Assembly: GCA_050575255.1 (NCBI GenBank)
Contig: JBNZDD010013686.1
Location: forward strand, 3,840,801 to 3,904,800
Origin: Harriotta raleighana
Taxonomy: Eukaryota
Direction: 5' to 3'
DNA: 64,000 nt
Within the stretch, counting starts at the first letter, position 1; every line of letters starts with the position of its first letter. The position numbers and the translations under genes were made by a program. Positions 15,050-27,844 of the stretch are shown piece by piece. The notes under the pieces are model-generated. The model was not told the DNA's origin. It searched no databases and worked only from the letters and a program-made list of their open reading frames with translations.

Positions 15050-15170
15050 TAATAATACTACTAATAATAATCCTCACATAACATATGATAACCTATCATG
15101 TAGTTAACATCTCAAAGCACTGCACACGATTTTACTTCACAGTGTAGTGACTCTATATTTGTAGGCGACC
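15050..15170 (-). mobile_element. SINE 3' tail fragment
   Basis: (taa)n...atctcaaagcactgcacacgattttacttcacagtgtagtgactctatatttgtaggcg, homologous to the SINE tail. Confidence 0.65.
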
Positions 15171-15279
15171 ATTGCACATTTCTAACCTAATTGGACATAT
15201 ATTTTAATTGAACACAGTATATTTCCACTCTTACAGTAAATGACAATAATTTTTTGTTGTATTTAACAAGCGTCTTAAG

Positions 15280-15460
15280 AAAATTGGTCATTTCAGTCCA
15301 CGACTGTTTGTGGGACACTGCTGTATAGAATTGGCTGCTGCGTTTCACCCAGAAATAGACAGTCAATTCACTTTACAGTATATTCCGTGAAGCACTTTGA
15401 GACGTCTAGAAGATGTGAAAAGCGCTATATCGAAATGTAAGGATTCTTCTTATTATTATG
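15280..15460 (+). mobile_element. 5'-truncated tRNA/Deu SINE (SINE2-1_CM-like)
   Basis: aaattggtcatttcagtccacgactgtttgtgggacactgctg...gaagcactttgagacgtctagaagatgtgaaaagcgctatatc, shared with the full copies at 23601 and 49981. Confidence 0.85.
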
Positions 15461-15638
15461 ATAGTGCTACGTGCTTGGAACTTGGAAGTTCTACTCTCGT
15501 CTCGTCCTGCACTCCTGGTCTCCCCTGCAGAAACTTTGGGTTAAATGCTGCTCCAGATACAACAACAACAACAACAAAATTACATTTATAGAGCGCGTTT
15601 CACGTCAGGAGGACGTCCCAAGATAATGGATGCCACAC

Positions 15639-15811
15639 ACAGTTTTGGACCGAAGAATTGTCTGTGGAAGGAGCGAGCTTGATGGGCCAAATGGCTTCTT
15701 CACTCTGTAGCCGTAAAGCATCCCNACAGTTTTGGACCGAAGAATTGTCTGTGGAAGGAGTGAGCTTGATGGGCCAAATGGCTTCTTCACTCTGTAGCCG
15801 TAAAGCATCCC
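15639..15811 (+). repeat. 86-bp duplication across N15725 containing a CR1-type 3' tail
   Basis: 15639-15724 and 15726-15811 are identical except for one substitution. Contains gagcttgatgggccaaatggcttctt, the CR1 3' motif. Confidence 0.8.
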
Positions 15812-16140
15812 CATTAAGCCAGGGTAAACAAGCAAACCAACAAACAACAAAAAGAACAATTGTTCTAGGTTGGAATCGTTTTGCTGTAGCAACCAATGAT
15901 GATAGGCAAGCCTGTTTAACACTGCAGGAGAATGATTAGCAGAGGCAGGCAGAGAGAAAGAAAACCCAACTGGGAAATAGTGCATTAATGAGACACCTGC
16001 AACAGCCTTATCCTGTCTTGTGTATCAATGCTGGGGAAGAAAATACACCCGGTGAGTCCTCAGTTATATAACATTGTGATGGAAGTGGCAGCAATGGCAC
16101 AAGCGGGGCTGGCATCCGTGAACCTTGTGATTGATCAGGC

Positions 16141-16262
16141 AGGGGCGGGTTTTTGTCTGCCAAATATTGGCAGAGGAAGTAAAGTCATTTCCTCTGAACC
16201 ACAGTCGCTTTCATCAGGAACTCAACTTTTACCGCTACCGAATGATGTACGGCTTGGTACGT
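16141..16262 (+). promoter_or_regulatory. Candidate internal promoter/enhancer: GC box, inverted ETS/PU.1 pair, RUNX site, 5' splice donor
   Basis: GGGGCGGG 16142, CAGAGGAAGT 16171, TTCCTCTG 16189, AACCACA 16197, TTG|GTACGT 16257. Further GC boxes at 16684 and 16703. Confidence 0.35.
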
Positions 16263-17336
16263 AATAAATTCTCTCTTAATTCGTCTGCTTTTAGGTAGAT
16301 TAACTCGTAAAGCGAGGTGTGTTAATTGAAAACGTCTCCTTCCCCACCCACTCCCCCCCACCCCTACCCCCTCCCCATCCCCCAACCACCCCTTTAAATA
16401 TACAAAGTAGCTGACAGACAACTCATTGGGGGGAAAATACAAGAACAAAGCGCTCCGCTGTTGCTGATGTAACACAACACATCGTCTTATTCACTCCGTT
16501 TTTTTTCAATCGAGCATGAATAAATTCAGAGGCTTTTGTTGTGAGGCGAAGGGCGTGGGTGAGTTGCAGCAGGCAACATTTCTTGCAGGATCACTTAGAT
16601 ACACTGCAGCTGCGAAGTGTTTTTAACTCGTGAAACTGTTTTATCTGAACAGTCACTTCGAGACAAAATGCACGTAAAACGTACCCGCCCCTCTCCACTC
16701 ATCCCCGCCCTCCCGACTCCTACACCGCCGAGCCGCTGTGCATTGTTTAGAATATAGGAGCCTTAAAATGGAACTTGTTTGTAGAAGATTTGTGCTGAAG
16801 TGGAGTGGTCTGGAGAGGGAAAGAAAGAGCAGTAATTCGGCTGCATTTTTCATTGCCCTTCTTTGTCCTTTTGTACATTGTCTGGTCCGAGTGGGTTTTT
16901 TAAAGAGAAAGGCTTCCCAAGCAAATTCATTTGAGCAGCCCTAAAGAGTTCAAGAGCGGATTCTCTCTTGTGTTTAATTATTACCTCTTGATGACCGCAA
17001 GTTTCGAGAGGAGATTCCCAAGCCTATGTATCATAGCTGGGCAGACACTTTTCAAAGGCTGCCTTACCATTAAAAGCCTTATCTTTTCCTAACAATGCAC
17101 TCCCTGCCTTAAGAGTTCCATTGAAATAAGCACCCATTTTAGCCTCTGTGCCAATTCTGTAAACCCTACATTATAACAAAGTGGTAGAATTTATATCCAA
17201 ATAATGGTCAATGAAGGACTTCCTGTACCTCCCCTATCCTCCCCCCACCCCCCATCTCCACCGCCACCATTTTCAATGCTACTATAATGATGAGCATTAG
17301 ACAAGTCGACAGCAACAATATAGACCTCAACTATTT

Positions 17337-17712
17337 GTGTTGATCACATTTAAAGCTATCCACAGCCTTGCCTCACCCTACATCCGTGACCTTCTAACCC
17401 TCTACCAACCTGCCCGCCCTCTTCGCTCAGCCAGCTCTGGCCTGCTCCACGCCCCCCAACCCACCATTGGCGGGCGAGCCTTTAGCCACTCTGCCCCCAA
17501 CCTCTGGAACTCTGAATCCCACAGTTTCTCAGTCTCGCCCCCTCCCTGGTTTCCTTTAAGTCCACCTCAAGACCCTCCTCTTCGATGGTCCGATCTGCTA
17601 CTCCTAATTCCCCCCCAGCTTGGGTCTGAAGTAATGACTGTCCAGAGCCTTGGGACGTCCTCCCGACGTGAAAGGCGCTATACAAGTGTAATTTTATTGT
17701 TGTTGCTGTTGA
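17337..17712 (+). mobile_element. L2-clade LINE 3' fragment (ORF2 C-terminus and 3' tail)
   Basis: Translation LITFKAIHSLASPYIRDLLTLYQPARPLRSASSGLL...TIGGRAFSHSAPNLWNS is typical of the L2 ORF2 end. Ends in the stem-loop gccttgggacgtcctcccgacgtgaaaggcgct plus (ttg)n. Confidence 0.9.
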
Positions 17713-18142
17713 TCGTGTTTCCTCCGACTTTGTTGGGGGTGAGCAAATTAATGAGGGGTTGAAGAGCAGTTCACCCAATGGAAAATAGTGTGGTTATGTT
17801 TCCACAGGCCACTGCAAGCTTGCCAAATCTTGGTGCGTATGGTATACAAAGGTGCCATATCAAACTCAGCAAAAACTGTGTTTCTATGCAGTTCCAATGT
17901 AGTTATTTAAAGAGGCTCCGAGCTCTTGCGCATATTCATGAGAACTAGTGATTCTTTTTCATCACATAAGTCAACATGCGTCTAGTAAATGCGGATAAAG
18001 AGAAAAAAAGGGTTGCGTGCGGTTATTTACCATTGGCTCAAGTTGTCCAGTTAATTTGACATTAGCAGCACAGCACAAATGCTAGATCATTTCTCAAGGC
18101 TAATTGAACGTATCAATTTTGGCTTGGATTAATTGGTGGCGT

Positions 18143-18285
18143 CTTTATTTATTTATTTTATTTATTGTATTTATATAGCGCCTTTCACGTCAGGAGGACG
18201 TCCCAAGGCGCTGTACAGTCAAGTGGGGGGAGGGGTCGGGGGAAGAAAAGCAGGAAAATACTGACTGTATATTTGTGGGCGAAAC
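18143..18285 (-). mobile_element. SINE variant: Deu-domain segment joined to an L2-type 3' end with (AAAT)n tail
   Basis: Reverse complement reads gtttcgcccacaaatatacagtcag...cccgacccctccccccacttgactgtacagcgccttgggacgtcctcctgacgtgaaaggcgctatataaat. Confidence 0.75.
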
Positions 18286-21200
18286 CTCGATATATGAAGG
18301 CTTTGGGTTCAAGATCTTGATTTGAGCTCAGAGTGCAGTCCGACACTATGCTATTTGAGAGACTCTGGATTGTTCTAAAATAAAGTTTTTTTTAAGTGTG
18401 GGACCATGCAGATGAACCAGGATGATCTTTTCCAATTTTATGCATTCCTGTATTCAATATAGTCAAAACTTTCCCAGCTTTGTTGGGCCAGATGCTCTTT
18501 TCTCATTCCTTATTGTTTTGCGTTCCTGCAAAGATTTAACTTATTTGTTGTCAAATAACTTGAGAACTGTACTGGCAGTATTTTATTTGCATTATCCAGT
18601 TTTATTCGAAAATCGGGTGTTTCATGTTGGGAGGACGTCCCAATGCGCTGGAATAAGAAAATGTTGCAATCAAAATGCAAATACTATCAGATCAGTTACT
18701 TAATAATTCATTAAATATGTTTTTACCTATTTAGCCCAAGGCCTAACTTTCAAACTCACAACTCAATATAATAAAGAAGAAAAAACTTGTCGTGAGTCAT
18801 ACAAACATTGAGATAAATGACAGACAGACACTAAACTCTACAGGCTTTGACACATGAATGATTCACATCAATGGACCTGGATGTTGGTTCAGGGCAAAGA
18901 GTAGAGATGAAACACAAAGCAAGTTGATACATTGCTTCATTTCTCGAATTGCTGTTTTTTGTTACCACTAATATTCTGTACAGGAGTGTAGGAAACTTTC
19001 CAGTGTTATTTATATCATCCAGCATTTGTGTCGGTTTTGCCAAATTCACACCTTGTGTTAAAATGATCAATGTTTCAACATGACTAATGCAGACATCTAC
19101 GTTGCACATTATCCTAAATTAACGAGATTATTGAATCCTTTTGCTTTGGCCGCACAATTTGCCACCGCTAAATTTTTGCATTTTAAGAGAATATGCTCAT
19201 CAGAAATAACCTTTTTTTAATTTAAAAAAAAGAAGCTTTTTGTTTCTCCCAGGTTTTTGGTTTTCAATCATCAAAGAGACTGAGAAGTTTGCCTGCGAGT
19301 GCTTTCAATTATTTCTTCTTTCTCATCATCTTGACTACATAGGTGCTTGCCTGGATTTGGGGAGAAATTTCACCTGGTTCCTGAATTTGGCAAATCTTAA
19401 ATACAAATTTGCCTCCATATTGAAGATGATGAATCGCAATCTGTTTTAAGAACTACCACAAAAAAAAAGACTTGAATGTTAAGGCTGAATTCAACAATTT
19501 GCCAATTTCTCTTACTTAAATAGTCACGGTCTGAATTTTTCCCCCACCCCCATGATTCAGCCACAGAGCAATTCTGTTAACAAGGCTGTTGACAAATGCC
19601 TTTGAAATATCCTTTAAGTTGCAAAGTTCAGCACTCTTTATTAAGAATCCAGCATGGCCCAGCAGGTTTTATGATTTTACAATCTAACGCAAGTGTGCTT
19701 AGTGATTAGGTGCATGTTACAGTATTTACAAGCCATGGCAACTCTTGTGTTACTGAGAGTCCCTGGTGAGGAACACAGCAAACACAGTTGTTTGTGTCTC
19801 TTTTTATGTTTCCAAACAAGGTGGTGCCTCAAATTGTGACCTGAATACAATATCTAGGTAATGGTAAATCATCAAGTCATCCAAAGTCACCCTTGATTGA
19901 TGGCGCAAAGTAACTCCAGAAATATTTACCGTACAAATAAATATTCCTGATGAGAAAATAAACAGTAGAGATCTTTCTAACCTATTGCTTTAAAAATGCT
20001 TTGTAAACATAGCTACTTCAGAAGTATCACATAGCCGTTTCCATAGTTTATACTCTTTAACAGTTTATTTAGGAAGTTAACTGTTTGATTTTTATCGATT
20101 TAAACATTTGCATGGATTCATTCAAAGTGTTTTCTTTTCCTGTTAATTTTTTTTTTGAATGATACACTTAAAAGCAGCATTACAGTGCAATACAATTTAT
20201 ATAACGCCTCTCATGTTGGGAGGATATCTCAAAGCGCTTTGCGTAGTTGAAATTAGTTGACTGGGGACCCAGGTTGAGCGGTGGAAGTTGAAGTTGTATA
20301 TGTGTGTGTATGTGGTGGCGGGGGGGTGGGGGGAGGCTTGGAGAAAGCAGGTACTCTTCTGTTTAGTGCCATTCAGATCGAGTGACAAATGTTGGACTGA
20401 TTATAATGAGGGTCAGCTCACACTTTTGGCTCGCGAACAAGAAAATTGCAAAACTAATGTGTCCGTGCTGAGATGATCGGTGGTTAAGGATGGTTACGGT
20501 TTGGGGGATAGAATCTTTGTGTGGTTTTGTAGCTACATAGACATGAAAGTACTCGGAGTGGAGAAGAAACTGCAATAGATGCTTCACATGTTGGGATGAC
20601 GCCTCCAATTGCCTGCAGAATAGTGTGCACGTCCTTAAAAGCAGCTGCAAATAGGTGGCCTCTTAAGATGAATAATGAACACATGACTGCCAACTGGAAG
20701 GCGATGAGTTTGTATCTCCACGTTGTCTGTCACCCCAATTTGAGTGCTCTTGGTTGACCATGGCTATTCAGAAACCTATGATCCCACCCTACCTCGCGCA
20801 TGAAAGGAACTGTGTAGGGTCTTACAGCACTAATGGAGGAGAAATGCTGCAATAATAGTGAGAGAGCGCGTAGAATTGTTTTTAAAGCTGTAAATTCACA
20901 ATAAAACAGAATTTGCAGCTGGAGAGTAAGTGGGACATTTAATGTCAAAATGTCAACAGAACCAATTCAGAAACGTAAATGGGGAGATAACTGCTTGGAG
21001 TTTTTGCTTGACTGTAGCTATTGCTGACCTTATCGCCGTTTTCATTTTTTTGTACGCACACAAGTGTTGTGCGCTATTTGGCTCCTAGTTTTGTACAGGG
21101 GATAGGGGTGGTAATGGAATTTAACACAGAATGCCAGCCAGGTTGTATAACTTGTTCTTATTGACATGCAAATGACTTTGTGGATCAGCAGGCGTGATAA

Positions 21201-23600
21201 AAGAGACAGACTGTAAATAATCAGGATCCAATAAGGACTAAAGATTAAAATAAAACAGTAAGCACCAGGAAGAAATAAAATTATTTTTTAAAAAATCAAT
21301 AATTATTACCTTATTCATTGAAGGGCATTTTAAAGATTAATTGGAAACCTGCTAAATGTTAGTTGCTAAAATGCAAAACGAATGAAAAAGCGATAAAATA
21401 AGAAATATTGTACAAGTAACATAATTGCTCAGTTGTTTTCCATACCAGCGATAACATTGTGTGAATAATAAAACAGGATTGTCTTTTATTTCCTAATAGT
21501 AATAAAATGATAACTAAATTGCCTACAGTGTGTCTTTTGCAGCCCATAATCGGACTTGTACTGTTTTCAGTGCATTGCTTAATAGGTGTAAATCAGTCAA
21601 AATGGAAGAGAGTGTATCATGAAGCTGACTTTTACAATAATTGGTGTCATAAAACAGGAGAAGGCTGCAGCTTATGTAATTGATCAAACTGGAAATTTTC
21701 CAGCCATGACTGAGGAATCCCAAACATTCAGCAGAAAATAGCGAACACCGGGGCAGATTGTTAATATCATCCGACTAGATCCTGGAGTACTAACGCTGAC
21801 ATGCTCTGAATGAATAGGAGACAATGCAGAAAGCAGGAGCACGCACATCAAAAGTCTCGGGAAAACAGGTCAAATTAATTAACAAACATAGCAGCCAAAT
21901 TTGGGTGGGTGTAGGTGAGATTACACGTCTGACCTCTTGCTATCACTCAAGACAGCTGAGGATTTGGAAATTGGATGCATTTTACCAATTCAAAGCTCGA
22001 ATGCAAATCTCCACATGGTACATCCGAAATTTGAATTTACACTTGCACACAGACGTTTCACTCAGCAGGACCCGAGGTATCAAACTGGTTTTCCAAAGAG
22101 GTGCTCAATGCCCATCATCCAAACTGTTCATTTGCCCCAGCTGTACTATTCATTCCCCCTGCGCAGGCACATTTATTTCCAGTTGATGGCTTGCCGCTCA
22201 GTCGTATTTGTACAGAAAAAAGGTGCTTGAGCGTTTAGCTATGATTTTCTTAATTTGCTGTCACCAATGTTAATTCTGCCAGGGTTAATTACAAGAAGCT
22301 AAGGAGCCACAGCAAACAGACTGTACCTCTCTCACTCCAATCAGAGCTGAGTTGTGGCATGAGAAAATTTGTTCATTAATGTGAATCCCCAAGGGCCGCA
22401 GCATGCAGTTTTCTGAATATGAATCATAAACTGCAAACCCCTGCAGGAAGCGCATGAGATAGGATTCAGAGGAGATTGACTGTTTCACTTTTATTGCTCT
22501 AGGAAAATGATGAACAGGCAGTCAGGAAATAAACCTGCTCATGACATTTTGTGGGCAAATTTTAATAATTTGTATGTTCAAGTTACATGCTTTCAAATAT
22601 TAAAATATAATAGACAGACACTGATATGACAACCTTCTGGGTGTTACAATGAAATACCTGGAGCTGCTATTGTGAAGCTGTAGCTCAAGACTCGGTTAGT
22701 GTGTGTTTTTCTCTGAATTCCTTCATTAACATAAACAGAAAGACTCACTTTAAGGTATGACGGGGGGTGGGGGGGGAAAAACAGGTCATAGCTGAAGGAG
22801 GTTTTAACAAACTGAGCGATGCTTTCCTCATTATGTCAAATCTGAGGGCACTCTCGGCATCTTTATTCATTTATTGTTTAATGTCATCAATCCTGCGGCT
22901 GCCACGCACTCCCGATCTGGCTGATTATTACAATGTGCATTGCAGGATGCTGGCACCAACTCAATCATGTCGGCTATAATCGCTGGGAAGTTGACGCACA
23001 CGATTCTGACAGTGGCGGTTATACACAGGGGCTAGCTGCACATTAACTGCTGAAAGCGATGCTCCAGTGTCATACGGATGCTGTCTCCTGATAAACCACC
23101 TGACGATGGCCAAAACGCTTTATCAGCACAGGAGAGAAGATTATAATTAGATCCTGGTCTCCATACTGTTTTCCTGCGAGCTGACTGATAAGTAAAGTCA
23201 GAAGCTTTTAGATTAAATTATGTGAATGATTTCCTGCACTGAGCTTACATTTGTACTTAGCAGCTGTAAGAAGGCTCTGAAACAAATACTTGTGAACGTC
23301 TTTGCATAAATTGACACAAACCTCTTTTTAGAACCATGAGAACGATTTTCAGAACCGCAACCTCTCGTGCTCTTTCAGGGAGAAGAAACATAATTGGCCA
23401 TTTGAACCACCTGTTTCAATTAATTGTTGCATCAATTGGGTTTCATTCTCACGTGAGGGTTTAGGTCGCAGCTAATTCGGAAACGGCAAACAGTCTTTAT
23501 GATTATGAGGTGATATAAAAATGGACAATGATGCAGCTTAAACGTTATACGTTGCACAGTTTCGAGGTCGTCGTGGCCGTTTGAAATGTTCATTTCATTT

Positions 23601-23920
23601 GTGGAGTCCTGAGGCTCAGTGGTTAACAGCACTTGCCTTACAAGCGATAAACCTGGGTTCGATTCCAGGCAGGGCGAAACCCTGCGCATGTTTCCTTATT
23701 CCATTTGGCTGATAATAATCCCTTTTAAAAAAAAAACACAACAATAAATTGGTCATTTTCAATCCACGACAGTTTGTGGGACAATGCTGTGCGCAATTGG
23801 CTGCCGCATTTCGCCCACAAATACACAGTGAATTCACTTTACAGTATATTCTGTGAAGCACTTTGAGACGTCTAGAACACGTGATAAAGCACTATATCAA
23901 TTGCAAGGGTTGTTATTATT
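23601..23920 (+). mobile_element. Full-length tRNA-derived SINE (SINE2-1_CM-like)
   Basis: A box ggctcagtggt, B box ggttcgattcc, Deu-like core gtttgtgggacaatgctgtgcgcaattggctgccgc, L2-like tail ending (tta)n. Multiple copies in the window. Confidence 0.9.
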
Positions 23921-24346
23921 ACATGATTTACTGCTAAGAGACGATTCCTTGCGGAGCTCAGCAAAGCAAACTCGCGGCTCATATTAAAGATACACAGATT
24001 ACAGATATGTCCCACTAACCTGCAACTGAATGGTAGATCAAGGAATTCAAAGACAATCATGATTTCAATGCTCCCTTTATTTTTACGCTCCCATTTGGCT
24101 GATTTTGTGCAAATTAAAATATCATTTTTTTAAAATTATATTTGCTTCAGGATTCTAGCATGGCATTAACCCAGAAAATAACTGTCTTCCTGTCGCCTAA
24201 CACACAACAAAGATGTGCTCAAACACTCTCAGATGCACACACACACACACGCATACACAACACATATAACTGAAATAGATCTGCTTGAAATATGCCCCTG
24301 AGGCATTGCTTGCAACAATTCTTTCCTTATTTCAACTTCACACGTT

Positions 24347-24500
24347 AATAATAATAATCCTTACATTGATATAGCACCTTATCATGTCTTCGAGACCTGT
24401 CTCGAAGCGCTTCACAGAATGTTCTGTAAAGCGAATTGACTGTACAGTTTGTGGGCGACACCCAGCAGCCAATTGCACACAGCAGTGTCCCACAGATTGC
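24347..24500 (-). mobile_element. SINE 3' half
   Basis: Reverse complement of the 3' half of the 23601 copy. Confidence 0.8.
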
Positions 24501-24994
24501 AACCTTTCATTTCCAGTTGGAAAAAACTAGCATTTGCTATCCAGGAGATAAATCATAGCATATCTTGATGACAACAACAACAACAAAATTACATTTGTAA
24601 AGCGCCTTTCACATTGGGAGGACATCCCAAGGCGCTGAAAAATTGCTTGGAGACTTCCTTAAACAATGGAAGATGAGGCCTGCCTCCCAGTCTCATGGGT
24701 TAGTTTCATTTCCCTACTGTGCTGGAGGCTGTCTTTCTTCAGGGAAAGCTCGCTTCAGATCATAAATCAAAACTGAGACTCAAAGTCAAACCTCCTTGCT
24801 GGGGTTACAGCACTGTGCTATTAATATTATTTGTGCTTTTCCTGCTTCATGTTTTGCAGTTTGTGTGCATCAGTCTTTCCAGGGTAAAATCATGCCCACA
24901 GCTGGCCTGCCAAACAGCAAAATTGTGAGTTGAAGCCTCGGTTTTGCAAGACTATAAAGATGTGATTGATCCACCAGATTTGACAGTCGGAACG

Positions 24995-25160
24995 TAGGAA
25001 AATTGGAACAGGAGGAGGCCATTCATCCCTATGAGCCCATTCCACTAGTTTATTAGATCTTGGCAGATCTTTTAATCCCAATGCTCTGCCCTTTTTGCCT
25101 TAACCCTTTATACCCCAATTACTCAAGTCACTGTCTATCTGTCTTTTAAATAGTATTCCT
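24995..25160 (-). mobile_element. CR1 LINE 3' end, degenerate
   Basis: ggaacaggaggaggccattcatccctatgagcccattccac...ctatctgtcttttaaatagtatt is the reverse of a CR1 3' UTR. Confidence 0.6.
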
Positions 25161-25302
25161 CCAAACATAAGCATTTCCCATTCCCTGGCAAAGAGCATGG
25201 TACTGCTCAAGTCTTTGGCCTACTCTCTATAATTCACTGATAGGGAACTCGCACAGGCTCACTGCCGGCTCTGGACCCTTGCTTTCGACAGCTCACCTTG
25301 TA

Positions 25303-25688
25303 CGTAAAACCTCGTTCATCCGTGACCCGATCAACTGGATTGCTCGACCCCCTCCCGGGGCAATTCCGCATTCCAGCAATCGCGAGTTTGCTCGCTTTGC
25401 GCATGCGTGCAATGTGTGCGCAGGTGCACTTAGTAAATTTACGAACTTGGGTTCTTTACCGATCGGGAAAAAATGCTGTTTTACCGATTTTTTTCCCCCG
25501 ACTGTGCTGAAATGCTTTATTGGTAAGTATCCACACAATATTCTGTTACTATTTAGTCTATTATTAACATGGTATGTTTTAAAATAAGTAATTTTTTTAC
25601 GTTGGGTTTTCGGCAACTTGTCCCCCGTTTATCCCGCACAGTCAATTAGTCGACCCCCCGAGCGGGCCGGATAAACAAGGTTTTACTG
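25303..25688 (+). mobile_element. MITE copy 1 (pogo/Tigger-like, Tc1-mariner superfamily; strand arbitrary)
   Basis: TA|C(A)GTAAAACCTCGTTCATCCG ... CGGATAAACAAGGTTTTACTG|TA terminal inverted repeats with TA target duplication. Non-coding, four copies. Confidence 0.9.
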
Positions 25689-27844
25689 TATCTGGCTATG
25701 ATCCGACGTTCATTGAGAACAGCCTATAAATGCAGTGATCCTATCTACAACAGGGCCACTTAACACTAAAATAAACTTTGCAGGCCTCACTATGAAAACA
25801 TTTTATGTAAACTCAGTTGTATTTGTAATGGCGATTTGATGCACAATTCTTATGTTGGTGGAAACCGCAATGCTGTCTTTGAGAGACAGATGTCATAAGT
25901 GTTTCTCTAAGAAAGCAGCGTCACTTACATACTGCAGTGGGATTAGGGTTGACATCTTTGATGAAAAGCTAAATTCAACGTTATGAAAGTCAGCCTTTTG
26001 ATCTTTTCGATAGAGGCCAAGTAAACTGAGAAGAGGAGCTTTTTAAAACGTCTTATGTCTGTAGGTCTTTAGATTGTGATTTCATTTTTTTTTTGGTCAA
26101 CCTGGTGTCTTGTCACACGCAGAACCCGTTACTATGCTTGAGAGTATTCAAAGCAAACTGAGAACTCTGTGCATCCCACCTACCCATGGAAACTCCGGAG
26201 AGAGAGATTGTCGGGCTGGAATGCGAACTCTCTCCCTGGAGAAATCCATCCTGCTTACCTAATTCCGAATACTATTTGATGCAGGTTGGCAAGAGCTAAG
26301 GTTCGGGGGCCCTTAGCTTTCCTGCTGCTTGTCCAGCTCAGACCACACTAGCCATTAAGGCTTTGGTTAACAGGGTTAACTGTCCTACTGACAAGCCAGT
26401 TGGCTGCGCTGACATCAGCAGTGTCCCTGGAATACTAAGGACTAGCCTGGCTCAGGAAGCAGACCACTGAGACCGCACCACAGAGAGCTGGCTCGAATCT
26501 GACATTCCATTGCCAAACATGTCACCTTGGAGCCAGTTCAGCTCCAAAGAAGACTGCGCTTACCTCCACCCGCCAGGAGGATATCCTGGTTTAAAAGCTC
26601 TTATTTGTTTTGTTCATGTGTCGACGGGATCTGTGTCAAGATGCTGTTGGAGGACAAATGTTGTCGGGCGAATAAAGTGCCTCAGTGTTTCAGACAGTAG
26701 TTATACCAAGCAATCAGGTGTACGTCAGGAGAGCTGTACCGCAACATTCCCTGCAGTGTGCACATTTCTATACGTTGGGTGAAGACATTTGTGCTTCTAA
26801 CACTCTACAAAATGTAACAAGTGCGGCTTTTAACTGTAAGCAGCTTCTGGAACTTCATGCTGTGTTGCATTTGTTAACAGCTCAGAGTAAAACAAAAATA
26901 TGTGTTCCCAATTATTGTAAATTCTGTGAAATACAGTGGCGGAAATAGTTTTTTTTAACCACATGGTATGCCATTTCTGCGCTTCCTGACATAGGCCTAA
27001 TGAATGCAACTGCATTTTCCTTAGGCTCAGGGATCATTTTGTACAGCCATGTGGAACTACTTTGCTTGGTCAAGGTTAAAAATGTAGCTGGTGCTTGTGA
27101 AAGCAAAAGTCGGTGGTTATCACTAGATCAAACCAATGTGTTACTTGTTGCAATGCTGTATCTTAATACACTATACACAAGCTGATGTTGTAAACTTCTG
27201 TTGCACATTAAGAAAGATGAAAATATTTGGGAAGTAAGAATTACTAACAGTTACACTTATCTGTGCTTCTTCATTCATAGAAGAAGAGTGGGAGATTGTG
27301 CACTTTGAACAGGTCAGACCATCCCCCCAGCGCCTAGTTTTAAACAGTTGATGTTTGTGTCTGTTGAATTTGTCTGATGCTGTTTATGGAGGGATGTCTT
27401 GCTCGAATCATTTTAACCAATTCAAGGAATTTAGTTTCACCATTTCAATAATATTTGAGTGGAAATTCCACACCCCGCCCCCACCTAAAAAAAAATACAG
27501 TGAACAAGTAATTGTAGTCACATGCCATTATTATCACAGGGTTTATTTGACCTCTCAGAATATAGAAATTTACACACACAACGTGCACTGAGGTTAGCCA
27601 CACAGCTTGTGTATTGACAATGATTAATGGACTAAATGTGGGTCAAACAAAAGAAACAATATTGTAACAAAAAAAAATCAAAATAAGTAATGGTAGACAG
27701 CTAGAATCTCACACAAGTCAAAGATGTTTTAGTAATGTTGCTTTGTGGTTTCCAAGGTTATCAAAGAGGAATCTCATGCCTAAGATTCTAACTAGACTTA
27801 ACCTTAAGATCCATTTGTCTTAACATGTAAGTGGTGTACTGGTG

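Noticed and set aside
16768-16944. MELVCRRF… as AFF2 coding exon 1
   Set aside because: No similarity to the recalled MDLFDFFRDWDLEQQ start, and I found no good phase-2 donor compatible with exon 2.
17337-17762. 141-aa ORF as a host gene
   Set aside because: It is the decayed C-terminus of an L2 ORF2 running into the 3' UTR.
23601-23680. tRNA-Val/Ala genes at the SINE heads
   Set aside because: Acceptor stems are not intact and each head runs into the SINE body and tail.
25279-25616. Overlapping ORFs in MITE copies (also 41470-41832 and 49590-49862) as a small protein family
   Set aside because: Similarity reflects the shared repeat. Frames are not preserved between copies and there is no transposase motif.
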